Virus record (IMG/VR): IMGVR_UViG_3300031857_000010
Span: 124,001 to 188,000 of that record
Length of the DNA: 64,000 bases
Reading direction: 5' to 3' (one strand)
The notes beneath the pieces are model-generated. The model made no database searches. It had not been told where the DNA came from and saw nothing but the letters and a program-made list of their open reading frames with translations. The position numbers were made by a program, and so were the translations under genes. Position 1 is the stretch's first letter. Each line of letters starts with the position of its first letter. Positions 9,648 through 20,255 of the stretch are shown here, piece after piece.

Positions 9648-10346
9648 TTAATTATATTCTTCGTAAAATTCATCTATATCTAGAAGAATGTGTTTAGTAT
9701 CGTTTATGTATTCGGTATTAGGAAAATGAAAATGACCATACAAATGTAATTTTATTTTGTTTCCATTTTCATTTAATTGTTTCCACATGAGATCAACAAA
9801 ATTTCGCTCCTTATCTAACTCTTCAATCAACGTATCATCTTTCATAGCATATGAATAAACTAAGCCATTGAAAAAAGTTGGTTTGTTGAAGCTCATGCAT
9901 GTATGAGTTACAAGAACATCTATTTCATTTATGTTTTTTAATTTTTCTTCATCATAAATAAAAATTTCATCTTTCCAATAACTTATTCCTTCTTGTCTGA
10001 GTTTCCTATCAATGCTTACGGCACCACCAACAAATAAGTGATTATAACCATTTAGATTCATGGTGGTATAATCCGGTAAGAATTTAATATTATCATAATC
10101 GTGATTACCATCAAAATAATCTGGATTATCATGATTGCCTCTTATGACTAATATTGTATGATTTTTCTTTTTTAATTTTTTACTTATGTTTTTTAATTCA
10201 TGGTGTTCGTAGTTAGGTTTAAATCCAATTCCAAAATCACCAACTTGAATTATGTTACAATTTTCACGATCTTTATTGTGATGCATCCAACCAATCAATT
10301 GATTGAAATTGCCATGTATGTCCCCTAAGTAAATTGTATCTTTCAT
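9648..10346 (-). CDS. calcineurin-like metallophosphoesterase
   Basis: GDIHG, GDFG, RGNHD, THT, GHFH motifs. Confidence 0.9.
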   Translation of the reverse strand: MKDTIYLGDIHGNFNQLIGWMHHNKDRENCNIIQVGDFGIGFKPNYEHHELKNISKKLKKKNHTILVIRGNHDNPDYFDGNHDYDNIKFLPDYTTMNLNGYNHLFVGGAVSIDRKLRQEGISYWKDEIFIYDEEKLKNINEIDVLVTHTCMSFNKPTFFNGLVYSYAMKDDTLIEELDKERNFVDLMWKQLNENGNKIKLHLYGHFHFPNTEYINDTKHILLDIDEFYEEYN

Positions 10347-10375
10347 AATAAGTTTTTGTAAAAATATAAAAAAAA

Positions 10376-10942
10376 TTATAATATCTCGTCAATTACGGAT
10401 AATTTAAGAGCTTCCTCGGCAGTCATAAACCAGTCAATTTTCTTTTCATAAACTTCTTTCAATCTTTCTTTAGATATTTTTGTTTTTTCTAAAGTAATTT
10501 TTTCAATTAATTTCTGTAATCTTTTTGTTTCTTGGACATCCTCTTCAATACTTTTAATTGTACCCATGGTAATGCTACTGGCTTGATGATAAAGAGGTGT
10601 AGAATATTTATAAGCAAATCTTTTATGTCCGGAAATCAAAATTATAAAACCACAAGACATTGCAGCACCCATACAAATTGTGTGAATTGGAATCTCTGAT
10701 TTCTCCATTACAGAAATTAAACTCATACATTGGTAAATACTTCCACCATAAGAATCTATGTATAATTTAATTGGTTGTGGATCGTATTTAAAACCGAAAT
10801 ATTCAGCTTGTTTAACTAGAAATTGATCGTCCTCATTTATTTCTATAATTTTTTTTGTCAATGAAGAAACTGAAGATTGATCAACCTGTTCTGAAAAAAA
10901 TAAATTTCTATCCTTGGGCAATCTTAAAACGCTATTTTCCAT
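10376..10942 (-). CDS. clpP: ClpP-like serine protease
   Basis: LYIDSYGGS, GAAMSCG (catalytic Ser), YHQ (His), DWFMTAEEALKLSVIDEI. Confidence 0.88.
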   Translation of the reverse strand: MENSVLRLPKDRNLFFSEQVDQSSVSSLTKKIIEINEDDQFLVKQAEYFGFKYDPQPIKLYIDSYGGSIYQCMSLISVMEKSEIPIHTICMGAAMSCGFIILISGHKRFAYKYSTPLYHQASSITMGTIKSIEEDVQETKRLQKLIEKITLEKTKISKERLKEVYEKKIDWFMTAEEALKLSVIDEIL

Positions 10943-10990
10943 ATATTTTTTTATTTAATTATAAAATTAGAAAAAAAATATGTTAAATCA

Positions 10991-11019
10991 AAAAGGCCCC
11001 AAAAAAATGGAGCCTTTTT
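10991..11019. terminator. intrinsic terminator hairpin
   Basis: AAAAGGC-CCC...GG-AGCCTTTTT between the 602 aa gene and clpP. Confidence 0.6.
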
Positions 11020-11041
11020 ATTATAGATTAATCTAAATTAA

Positions 11042-12850
11042 TTAAATTAAATTTCTTTTATGAAGTTGATTAAATAAAACTTTAAAAGCTTCATTTAGAT
11101 TTCTATTAAAACCTATTCTATTTCTTTTGTAATCTGTTCCAGTAGTTTCCTCTCCGGGTTTTGCAGTTACTACTTTTTGTTTAGATCCAGTTTGTGCAGC
11201 CATTTCAGGTTCCTTTTTTGCTGTTTTTTTAGATGCAGGTTTCTTCTTAGTTACTTTTGCACCTGTAGAAGTGGCTTTCTTAGCTTTTGTTGGCTCTGCT
11301 TTTGCTGTTTGTTGTGTTGTAGTTGCATCAGCATTTCCAAATGTTGGAACATTTCCTGATACAGTATAACTTGATGTGGATTTATCTGAGCCGGGCTGAG
11401 TGTAATTAATTTGAGTTTCCCCTTTTTTATTTTTAGTTACTTTACTCTTTTTAGTGTCAGCTACTGGTTCTTCTTTTGTTTTAGTTTTTTTGACTGTTTT
11501 TGGAACTGCTAAATCATTCATACTAACCAGTAAATCTTTTAAAGTCTTCATTCTAGAAGATTTTAAACCTTTATATCTAAGACCTTTTACCAAAGCTCCG
11601 GCAGCTACGAGTCCTATTCCTAATGGACCCAAAACACCACCTAAACCTTTAGCAGCTGCATAGCCAGCACCAGTTTTTATAACTGTCATCATAGCAATTT
11701 TTGGAACCATACTAGTAATTGCTCCTACAATAACACCTCCGGGTTTTGTAACTAAAACATCTCCTATTTCTTTTCCAGTTCCTGCTATTTTACCTTTAAA
11801 AATTTCTCCTAAAGTGTCACCTTGACCATGAGGATTTTTTACAATGTCTGTCAAAGCCATTTTTGCTCCAGCAGCATCAGGAAACAAACCGCCTTTTTGT
11901 GTCAAAAGATCAATACCTTTTTGAGCGTTACCATTTCCAAGTTTTTCTAATCCTTTTATAAAATCTTCTGGTGAAGAAGCAGCAGTTAATTTGCTACCTA
12001 GAGTAGCATTCAAAGTCTGTGTTAATCCATTTCCCGGTTGAACTGAACCTAATACTTTTGTGGTATCTTGGGACATCCAATCAGTAACTGGAACTTGGGA
12101 TTTAGCAGCAAAAAGATTTTTGAACCAATCTGTATTAACTAACCAACTAAATGCACCTAAAGCTGTTCCAATACCTAAAAGAGTTAAAGGTGCTTTATTG
12201 CTCTTGTATACTTTTTCTGTTTCCGTCTCTTTAGAACCAGTTAATGGACCTGCTACTGCTTTAGCTTCTAGTAAAATGTGTTGATTTTCTTGATAAAATT
12301 TTTCATCATTCTCATTAAACATTCTATAAACTGAAGCCAAATCATAATCTACAGTCTTTTGAATATACATTCTCAAAGATTTGATTATGTTATTTGCTTT
12401 TTTTGGACTTAAATAACCTTTGGAATCTGGTGGTAATTTTGTTGCTGCTACTACACTCTCATAAACTTGTCCTATGGCTTGAACTCCTGCAATGAATTGT
12501 TCTTTGTCTTTGACGTTAGGAAAACCCGGAAATTGGGATTTTAAGGTTTTATCTAAATCTCTAATCATTTTGTTGCCTCTTTTACTCATTTCTGAGTCAA
12601 TCTGAGTTTGAGCTGCTGCTTTAGCTTTACTTTGACCAAAATATTTTCCCCCTGCAGTTATTGTTCCTAATTTACTTGCACCATATTTAGCTTTTGTAAA
12701 TAAATTTGACAAACCTTGTTTTATTTTACTAAAAAGCCCTTCGTTTAACATTTTTTCTGCTTCTTGTTGGTCAGAGGCAATTTTATTATTAATAAGATAA
12801 TTAACAATATTTTGTCTTAATTGTATTTCGCTTAATAATTTATTTTCCAT
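11042..12850 (-). CDS. large Gly/Ala/Thr/Lys-rich protein, probable virion (head-internal) protein
   Basis: 602 aa, low-complexity K/A/T tail, hydrophobic Gly-rich segments, several L-x-E motifs (MLNEG, ILLEA, NLNEA), upstream TATTTAT. Confidence 0.55.
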   Translation of the reverse strand: MENKLLSEIQLRQNIVNYLINNKIASDQQEAEKMLNEGLFSKIKQGLSNLFTKAKYGASKLGTITAGGKYFGQSKAKAAAQTQIDSEMSKRGNKMIRDLDKTLKSQFPGFPNVKDKEQFIAGVQAIGQVYESVVAATKLPPDSKGYLSPKKANNIIKSLRMYIQKTVDYDLASVYRMFNENDEKFYQENQHILLEAKAVAGPLTGSKETETEKVYKSNKAPLTLLGIGTALGAFSWLVNTDWFKNLFAAKSQVPVTDWMSQDTTKVLGSVQPGNGLTQTLNATLGSKLTAASSPEDFIKGLEKLGNGNAQKGIDLLTQKGGLFPDAAGAKMALTDIVKNPHGQGDTLGEIFKGKIAGTGKEIGDVLVTKPGGVIVGAITSMVPKIAMMTVIKTGAGYAAAKGLGGVLGPLGIGLVAAGALVKGLRYKGLKSSRMKTLKDLLVSMNDLAVPKTVKKTKTKEEPVADTKKSKVTKNKKGETQINYTQPGSDKSTSSYTVSGNVPTFGNADATTTQQTAKAEPTKAKKATSTGAKVTKKKPASKKTAKKEPEMAAQTGSKQKVVTAKPGEETTGTDYKRNRIGFNRNLNEAFKVLFNQLHKRNLI

Positions 12851-12924
12851 TTAAAAGAGTGTATAATATATCAAATAAATAGTATAAAATCTTAAAAATT
12901 ATTCTATTTATTTTAAAAAATAAG

Positions 12925-14418
12925 ATGTTAAGGGATTTAGTAAGAAAAATATTAATTAATGAGGTTTTTGATAGTTTATTACTTGAAGGACCAGAGGAAA
13001 TTCAAAAAATAAAGGATACATATTATCCTAATTTGAAAATTAAGGAAGATACTATTAACTCCATATATAATTCACTGAAAGACAATCAAATACTTAAAAA
13101 AAGTTATATTAATTGGATTTTCTTACTTATTAAAAATAGAGTCCCTAGAGTTGTCGAAGACCTTGACACAATAGCAAAAAATTTAAAAATTTTTAATTCA
13201 AAATCCTCTCAGATTGCAGCTGACGGTATTCCCACAATGCTTTATAAACAGAATGGGGATTTGGTTTATTCTAAACAACAAGATCTTTATGATGTTGTAG
13301 CAAAATATGCTAAAACAGAGGAGGGTGGCGAAAAAAACCTGATAACAAAAGGTGAATATTTAGTTTCTAAAGGTCAAGCAAGAAAAATTTATGAAGATTC
13401 AAATTATGTAGTCTTTTCACCTGATACATACGATGCTTCAAAGGAATTGGCTTGTCTTTCTCAATGGTGTACAAGATTTCCTGATATGTATAAACATTAT
13501 TCTAGTCAAGGGCCTTTATATATTATTTTAGATAAAAATACATTAGGTACTCAGGATAAGAATAGAATGATTCAATTCCATATCCCTTCAAAACAATTTA
13601 AGGATGTTAATGATAGGGAAGTTCCAAATAGAAGAGAATTTATGAATAATCTAAAAGGATTATTTAATACGATGTTTCCATCTGCCTTGAAAGAATTTCA
13701 ACTAGTTCAAGATGGAAAGAGAGAGATTGATGATTTGACAGATTCAACAAAACAATCAAGGTATATAATGCCTTCAGAATATTGGGATGAATTAGATATA
13801 CCTTGTGATGAAATACAAGAAAAAGTTGCAAGAGAATTAGGGGTGGACTGTAAAGATGTTGAAGAAGGTGATTATGGATATGTAGTAGATGATAAGGTTT
13901 ATAGAGTGGAATCAGTATCAGATGCTACTGATGGTGCAATAGATTCAATGTTAAATTCTGGAATGGAAGATGAATGGTTTATTGATTGGGTATTATCTGA
14001 TTATACTTGGGAAAATGTGTATCCAAAAGGAGAAATAGACATATCTAGAGCAGTGGAGAATGAATTTGGTGATGATTGGAAAAATGTTTATAATACTTTT
14101 GAAAATGGTCTCAAAGATCGTGATTTAGAGTACACAGAAGAACAAATAGAAAATGGTGATTTCATTGAAGATATAACCTACAATATGTTCTTAGATGTCA
14201 TGGAAGCATATCGTGGAGATAATCCCGTAAAATATTATACCTCTGAGATGGGAATGAAATTAAGTGATTTGAATTTCATTGATCTAGATGAAGATGCCAA
14301 AAGATATTTTGAAAATTGTTATGATGATTGCTTGGCAAGTTGGGTGAGTGGATATGACGGCTCTGCTTATTATTTTGATATAGATGGAGTTGATCACATA
14401 ATGTACAGAACTGATTAA
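12925..14418 (+). CDS. hypothetical protein, probable virion-associated
   Basis: 497 aa; N-terminal ILINE...LLLEG leader, SQWCT motif, acidic C-terminal half. Confidence 0.6.
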   Translation: MLRDLVRKILINEVFDSLLLEGPEEIQKIKDTYYPNLKIKEDTINSIYNSLKDNQILKKSYINWIFLLIKNRVPRVVEDLDTIAKNLKIFNSKSSQIAADGIPTMLYKQNGDLVYSKQQDLYDVVAKYAKTEEGGEKNLITKGEYLVSKGQARKIYEDSNYVVFSPDTYDASKELACLSQWCTRFPDMYKHYSSQGPLYIILDKNTLGTQDKNRMIQFHIPSKQFKDVNDREVPNRREFMNNLKGLFNTMFPSALKEFQLVQDGKREIDDLTDSTKQSRYIMPSEYWDELDIPCDEIQEKVARELGVDCKDVEEGDYGYVVDDKVYRVESVSDATDGAIDSMLNSGMEDEWFIDWVLSDYTWENVYPKGEIDISRAVENEFGDDWKNVYNTFENGLKDRDLEYTEEQIENGDFIEDITYNMFLDVMEAYRGDNPVKYYTSEMGMKLSDLNFIDLDEDAKRYFENCYDDCLASWVSGYDGSAYYFDIDGVDHIMYRTD

Positions 14419-15665
14419 AATAAATCATTATCGTTCTCTACATCTTTTAAAAATTCCAACATATATTCTTTTAATTCTTCTAATTGACTTTCTTTAAGTT
14501 TTATGGGTTTTTTCTTTATTTTTTTTTCAGATAGAGACAATTCACCATCTTTTCCAACATAATAATTTGAATTAATAATTATTTCGTGTTCTAAAGAATA
14601 ATGTAGTCTAACCCTGTCAATACAAGAATCAATATCTTCTTTTATTTCTGTATATGTAAATCTTAATCCATCGAAATCGCATATTTCAAAAATTTGATCA
14701 TCTTTATAAACATCTCCAGACTCTGAAGACCAGAATGTATACCAGTAGGAGCTAAACCAACGAGAATAACTCATAAATTATTTTTTTTGGATACCTATGA
14801 TTTTTCTTAAAAAACTTTTTACTTTTTTATCGTCCATTTTTACCCAGATTTGATTACCAATCAATTGAATTCTGTTTGTTATAAACCAATTATAAACCGT
14901 GGGATTTCTTCCAATAAAAGCTAAATTATCATTTGATACAGAATCTAACATTTCAGTATCCGGCATTTGATTAAAAGGAGTCATAAAATTCTCCTTAATT
15001 AAATCTCTAATTATTTCTCTTATTTTTTTTCGGTCAGACATCAAAAGTAAATAGTTTACATTTTATCTTTTTTGTCTATGAATTTCAAATACGGAATTTT
15101 TGAATGAGGTGTAAGCCTACTATATTTTTCATCCTTTTCATAAAATGTTCCTATTTCATTTGGGTGAAATAAGATTATTTTGAGATTTATATTTGGAATA
15201 TCGTTTTCTTCTGAGTCTATAGGTTCTACTAACAATCCAGTCAAAACAACATCTCCTATTTCTATTTTTTGTCCACTAGTGTATTTCTTGTTTCCTAATT
15301 TTTTATGACGATCATGATCTAATGGTATGGATTTTTTCACCATATCAAATAACCAATCGGGTATCATTTCATTTATCATGTTTGTTCTAAATTATAAGAT
15401 CATCAACATTAATGTTTTGGTCATTATATAATTCTGAAATTTGCTCAAAAATAATTTCAAATGCTTCCCAAGGATCAATTTGATCGTCTTTCTCCGTTTT
15501 CGCTTCAATTATATGTTCACACTTTTTCTTTAAGTTAGTTTGTATTTCCCATAAAACAATTGCCATGTCAGTAGATTTAACACATCTAAGATGCTCTCTT
15601 CTGTCATCTGGATCATTAAGATTAAATTCTAATGTTGCTTTCATAAAATAAATATTTTTTTTCAA
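14415..15665 (-). other. run of four small hypothetical ORFs
   Basis: ORFs 14415..14774, 14778..15044, 15056..15379, 15387..15665 tile tightly. Confidence 0.55.
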
Positions 15666-15689
15666 ATATAGTTATTTTTTAAAAAATAA

Positions 15690-15715
15690 AAAAGGGAAGA
15701 TATTTCTTCCCTTTT
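15690..15715. terminator. intrinsic terminator hairpin
   Basis: AAAAGGGAAGA-tatt-TCTTCCCTTTT. Confidence 0.8.
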
Positions 15716-15738
15716 AATTTTTTATTTATTTGTTTTTT

Positions 15739-16200
15739 TTATAATCCTTGGTCCAATCTACCAATCATTTCTTGGACAAACAGAATGCCTTTGATTATCT
15801 CAGATTTATCAGAATAGGGGATAATTTCATTAAGATTTTCATTTACTGTGCTGTTGTAGTTCTCTGCTTTCTCAGACACCCTGTTTCTCTTTGCATTTGT
15901 GTACTTGCTTTTTGGAATATCAATTTGTTTTACTCCGGAAGCTTGACCCTTAATGTTAAATGAAGCATAAGGAAGAATGTTGTTTAATGACTGGACTTGT
16001 TCAAGATAAATTTTTGTCAAATCCAATTTATTCATTTTTGACAAAGAGTCTTGCGAGTAAACTACACGACCATTTTGATTGTTTGCTAGTTTTGAAAACG
16101 AGCCAAGATTTGAAGTTTGACCAAAACACGCAGAAGATATGGTCAAAATTGCGATGAGTGAAAGGATTTTGTTTTTCATTTTGTTTTTAGGTTTGTTCAT
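15739..16200 (-). CDS. secreted hypothetical protein
   Basis: Signal-peptide-like MKNKILSLIAILTISSACFGQ. Confidence 0.6.
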   Translation of the reverse strand: MNKPKNKMKNKILSLIAILTISSACFGQTSNLGSFSKLANNQNGRVVYSQDSLSKMNKLDLTKIYLEQVQSLNNILPYASFNIKGQASGVKQIDIPKSKYTNAKRNRVSEKAENYNSTVNENLNEIIPYSDKSEIIKGILFVQEMIGRLDQGL

Positions 16201-16210
16201 TTTTAAAGTT

Positions 16211-16630
16211 TTAATTATTGTTTATTGAATTTAAGTTGTTGTATGTTGCTTTGGGATAAAAATAAAAATTATAGTATCCCTCTTTGAAATCTGATTTTAC
16301 AATATTATCGAGACTCTCCCAATTATTATTATTAATTTTCGTAAAATGCTTATCAATTAATTTTTTTAGTGGTTTTACCTTTTTTGGGTTCAGAACAGTA
16401 ATTTTATAAAGATAACACACGTTAAATTCAACATACCACCTTTTAATATAATCTTTTTCATTATGGATAAAAACTGTATTGGATTTAACATTATATTGAA
16501 CAGTATAATCTATATCATTTTCTTTGAGAGTTTCTTTAAGCTCTTCTAAAGGGCAATAATTACAAATTTGTGCATTAGCCTCAAAATTAAGGCAAAACAG
16601 CGTAAATATAAGAAATTTAACAATATCCAT
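16211..16630 (-). CDS. secreted hypothetical protein
   Basis: Signal-peptide-like N-terminus ending ANAQ; downstream of ECF-type motif copy 2. Confidence 0.6.
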   Translation of the reverse strand: MDIVKFLIFTLFCLNFEANAQICNYCPLEELKETLKENDIDYTVQYNVKSNTVFIHNEKDYIKRWYVEFNVCYLYKITVLNPKKVKPLKKLIDKHFTKINNNNWESLDNIVKSDFKEGYYNFYFYPKATYNNLNSINNN

Positions 16631-16650
16631 ATCGCTAATTTTCGAATTTA

Positions 16651-16676
16651 AACGAAATTAATTATAAAAAGTTACA
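16651..16676 (-). promoter_or_regulatory. ECF-sigma-type promoter motif TGTAAC-N16-CGTT (copy 2)
   Basis: aacg 16651-16654, gttaca 16671-16676; upstream of the 16630 start. Confidence 0.65.
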
Positions 16677-16684
16677 ATTTTAAA

Positions 16685-18796
16685 TTAAAAATCGATATCC
16701 AGTTGCAAAGTAAGCCATCTAATGTTACTTTTCAGTATGGGATAGGTAGGTTTTCCGGCTGCTACAACGTTGCCTAATTCGTCTAAAACCGCTATTTCTG
16801 TTATGTAGGTTGCAGTGTCGATTTCTGGGTCAAAAGTTGGATTGTTTGAGCCATTCAGTTCAGAATCATCTAAATATGCTTGAATCCTTGTTTTATAAAC
16901 GACTGCAGCAATTCCAGTTTTGATTGTTCCGTAAACAAAACATTCATCACCAAAATTTAAATAACTCTGATTTGCTGTCAATCCTGAATTTATTGTATAT
17001 GTAGACCCTGTATTAAAATCTTCTTCAGAAATAACAAATTCATATGAATTAAAAACTTTTGGATCGATTGTGTTTAATCCATAATCTGATGCCCTATAAA
17101 CTCCGTTCCCACCAACTGAGGAATCAGATACTCTTTTCCAATCTTGGTAAGGGACATTTCCAATATCATAATTTTTATAACTTAACTGTTTGTTTACCAA
17201 AAGTTGAACAGTGTTTGCATTCCAACCAGTACCATTATATAAGATATTAAGTAATTCTGAGTCATCTCTCATATATGGAAATGAATTTGAATTTGGAAAT
17301 CTAACTTTTAAATATTGTTTGTTTCCATTAGAATCTGTAAAGCCTGTTATTTTTTTTATATATCCACATGGAAGTGCAGGAGCATGTCCCATACTGACTG
17401 AGCTACTATATGTGCTATTTTCAGCTATATAAGTTACAAAATAATCATAACCATTTTCAACCAAACCATTCGCTGTATATCCAGACATTGTTGTTGCAGA
17501 ATAACCATTAGCAGGATATAAACCTATTTGTGGAGTTCTACTTAAACTAACTTCAAAATCAGGCAAAGTGTAGTTCCTGTTAGATTTATAAGTAAGGGCA
17601 GTTAAAAGTTCTTGATCAGTGACCACAATCAATTGTAATTTGTGATATACTCTACCGACAGAAAATGAATTAATACTTCTTCCATCTCTTAATTCTCTAT
17701 AAGTAGATTTTACAACTGGATCATAATAAGTATCACCTGCGAAATCAGATAAATATAAACCCCAAGTTTCTCCTGACGAATTAAAAGATGTAAAACTTGA
17801 ACTTAAAATATTGTTATAATAAGCATTCAAATTATGATGCCACATGATCCCGGGCAAATTCATTTCAAATGTTTTCTCTACGAATTGTTCTCCGTAGGTA
17901 TTTCCAGTCCATTTGTTTGTATAGTGAATCACTCCAAAAATTGGTAAATTATCACTGAAGCCAAAATACTTTTTTGTACCATTGTATTCTATGGAACCAT
18001 AAGTTGTATAGCCAGAAACTTTATTAGGAACACTAAGTTGAGTTCCCATAACAGTTTTTGTTCTGACTATATTCATATTCCAAACACCCGGATCAGATGT
18101 TTTACCAGAACCATAAAAAGATTCAATCATGTTGTCTCTGAAAAATTGACAAGTTAAAGTGGGAAAAGCACCCGTTGCAAAATTGGGAATTGGTCTATCT
18201 ACTAAATATACTGAACCTGCCGTAACTGCTGAAATTATTTTGTAAAAAGAAAGAACACAAGGATCATTTTGTGGCATTGTTGTGGGATTATAAGAACCTG
18301 ATGAATAATCAGGAGAAACCCAAGGTATTGTAACAACATCATTGACAACAGGCGAATAGCCACCACCAGCAAACGTTATTTTGTTTGTTCCCCAGTTTGA
18401 AGAATTGGAACTATAAGCTAAAGTTTTTGTTCCTTTAACAAAATTTGAAATTGTAGTGCTAGAACTTGATCCAGTTATGGTTATTTTTTCAGTCCCGACA
18501 TTAAAATTGGTAGTTGCATTGTAAATTAAACCATCACCTTGAGGTTGGAAAACAGTGCTTGTTGGAGGAATATTGCCAAAATTTTCACCCGGAACATCTG
18601 GATAGAATTCAGATAAATCCAATACTCTATTATTGAAAATATTGTAATTTCCATCCCTATCAATCGAATAATCGATTTCTCTATCACTCAAAATTATTTT
18701 GCTAAAGGTAATTTTACCTTGTGAAGCAGCCCTTCTACCATGATCGGTAAATTTAATATTGAAAAAAGTAAATGGTTCGGGTTGTATAAACGGCAT
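16685..18796 (-). CDS. tail/baseplate-associated structural protein
   Basis: 703 aa, S/T/G/N-rich; N-terminal TDHGRRAASQG and C-terminal ITEIAVLDELGNVVAAGK resemble baseplate/tail-fibre attachment modules; upstream TATTTAT. Confidence 0.6.
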   Translation of the reverse strand: MPFIQPEPFTFFNIKFTDHGRRAASQGKITFSKIILSDREIDYSIDRDGNYNIFNNRVLDLSEFYPDVPGENFGNIPPTSTVFQPQGDGLIYNATTNFNVGTEKITITGSSSSTTISNFVKGTKTLAYSSNSSNWGTNKITFAGGGYSPVVNDVVTIPWVSPDYSSGSYNPTTMPQNDPCVLSFYKIISAVTAGSVYLVDRPIPNFATGAFPTLTCQFFRDNMIESFYGSGKTSDPGVWNMNIVRTKTVMGTQLSVPNKVSGYTTYGSIEYNGTKKYFGFSDNLPIFGVIHYTNKWTGNTYGEQFVEKTFEMNLPGIMWHHNLNAYYNNILSSSFTSFNSSGETWGLYLSDFAGDTYYDPVVKSTYRELRDGRSINSFSVGRVYHKLQLIVVTDQELLTALTYKSNRNYTLPDFEVSLSRTPQIGLYPANGYSATTMSGYTANGLVENGYDYFVTYIAENSTYSSSVSMGHAPALPCGYIKKITGFTDSNGNKQYLKVRFPNSNSFPYMRDDSELLNILYNGTGWNANTVQLLVNKQLSYKNYDIGNVPYQDWKRVSDSSVGGNGVYRASDYGLNTIDPKVFNSYEFVISEEDFNTGSTYTINSGLTANQSYLNFGDECFVYGTIKTGIAAVVYKTRIQAYLDDSELNGSNNPTFDPEIDTATYITEIAVLDELGNVVAAGKPTYPILKSNIRWLTLQLDIDF

Positions 18797-18855
18797 TATA
18801 TTTATTTATTCTTCTAAATCATAAATATATGACGTTTATTTTTTTTATGAATAAT

Positions 18856-19608
18856 TCAATCCCACCAAGCCTCAATTTTTTGGGTTAATATCAAAAATAG
18901 TATTTTTATTGCTTTTTGATGTCTCATGGTGGACATCACAACGCAAATTGAACTTCTACTTTCTTCATTTTCTGCATAATCAGAAACATCGCAATTTCTG
19001 TATTTTTTTAAATAATTAATCGCTTTATCTCTGTCTAATGGATATTTATTTATAAAATCTACTCTATTATCAGTGATGTACTCTGTTTCCATTCTGTAAA
19101 GTTTTTTACTTTCAGAATTTGAAATTATTTCATGATAATCAGATTCATTTTCTTCAGTGATTTCTACGAAATCGTGTTTGGAATCTTGGTATTCAAAATA
19201 TTCTACCTCATAATGACTCTTTTGTATTCTCTCGATTAAATTTAAACAAACTGTCATCCAATGATTGTCCTGTGGAATATTTGTGTGTCTATTATTTCTA
19301 ACTAGATAATTCCTCTGTTGTAGAATTTTTTGTTTTAAAATTTCAAAAATAAAATAATCATCATAATCTCTGTCTTTCCAAATTATTGGTATCCATACAT
19401 ATAATTTCTTAAAAAAACTGAAAAAGTTTATAAGCCAATTTTTTAAGTTAAAGTATGGATCAAAAAAATATTTCTCTAACCATTGGGGATATTCTTTTTC
19501 TTTATCTTTTAAATGATATAGCCATCTAATTGGATCATAATGTTTTTTATCCCATGCATTTTTTTCTGGCATTGGATATTTTTTAAATTCTTTTATCTCA
19601 GACCACAT
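18856..19608 (-). CDS. phage hypothetical protein
   Basis: 250 aa with WIPIIWKDRDYD...IFEIL..K...AWWD pattern. Confidence 0.6.
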   Translation of the reverse strand: MWSEIKEFKKYPMPEKNAWDKKHYDPIRWLYHLKDKEKEYPQWLEKYFFDPYFNLKNWLINFFSFFKKLYVWIPIIWKDRDYDDYFIFEILKQKILQQRNYLVRNNRHTNIPQDNHWMTVCLNLIERIQKSHYEVEYFEYQDSKHDFVEITEENESDYHEIISNSESKKLYRMETEYITDNRVDFINKYPLDRDKAINYLKKYRNCDVSDYAENEESRSSICVVMSTMRHQKAIKILFLILTQKIEAWWD

Positions 19609-19610
19609 AA

Positions 19611-19973
19611 CTAAATTCCTTTATTACGTAATAATAATTTTTTTATTAATTCATCTTGCTCCTCTTGATCTATTTCGTCTTGGGATTTGACAAGATTATT
19701 TGCAATTTTGTTTTTATCACTATTTTCTTTCATGAATACTGATATTTTTTGATCGGAAATAATATCCCTAAAGTCTTTGACTTTTAAAATGGGACCTTCA
19801 TTCATCTCATCATATTCACTACCATCAGTTGCAACAATTATATCGACATCAAGATTGATGTGATTTTTCAAATCAACAACAACTCTTTTTTTAATGTGAT
19901 CTACTCTAGAAATGATTACTTCACCATCTTTTTTTTTCAAAAAGAAGAAATCATCAGGTTCTAATTTTGACAT
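19611..19973 (-). CDS. hypothetical protein
   Basis: 120 aa ORF. Confidence 0.55.
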   Translation of the reverse strand: MSKLEPDDFFFLKKKDGEVIISRVDHIKKRVVVDLKNHINLDVDIIVATDGSEYDEMNEGPILKVKDFRDIISDQKISVFMKENSDKNKIANNLVKSQDEIDQEEQDELIKKLLLRNKGI

Positions 19974-19995
19974 ATTCTTATTTTTTATTTTAAAT

Positions 19996-20220
19996 AAACC
20001 GAACTCACAGCACTAATCTTAAGTTCAGAAGGTCATCTAGATATTCCACATTAGTATATTACAATTGGTAGAAATTTTACGACATTGTAGTTTCGTGTTT
20101 TATGCTCGGACTTATACACGTTATCAACCATTAAAGAAGCAGGTCTATCGTAAACTCTTACTCAAAGGATGGACTTCTCCGGAGCCTAATCCCCAGTGGG
20201 TTTAACCATGAGCCGGTTTT
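19996..20220 (-). ncRNA. structured ~225 nt ncRNA, 6S-RNA-like candidate
   Basis: ORF-free, GC-richer island; ends pair (AACCGGCUCAUGG / CUGUGAGUUCGGUU, G-U pairs only on the minus strand); internal helices AGAAG/CUUCU, CAUC/GAUG, UUUACGAUA/UGUCGUAAA, UUCUAC/GUGGAA; promoter directly upstream. Confidence 0.65.
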
Positions 20221-20225
20221 GAATA

Positions 20226-20255
20226 CAAAAATAACTTAAATAATTTAAAATCAAA
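20226..20255 (-). promoter_or_regulatory. Bacteroidota sigma-A-type promoter for the ncRNA
   Basis: TTTG (20252-20255) - 18 nt - TATTTTTG (20226-20233, matches TAnnTTTG), ending 5 nt before the terminal stem. Confidence 0.65.

Noticed and set aside
19996-20220. RNase P RNA, tmRNA or group I intron identity for the ncRNA
   Set aside because: Only a partial GAGAAGUCC resemblance to RNase P and no 3' ACAGAAnnCGGCU; no tRNA-like ends; no P/Q/R/S intron motifs
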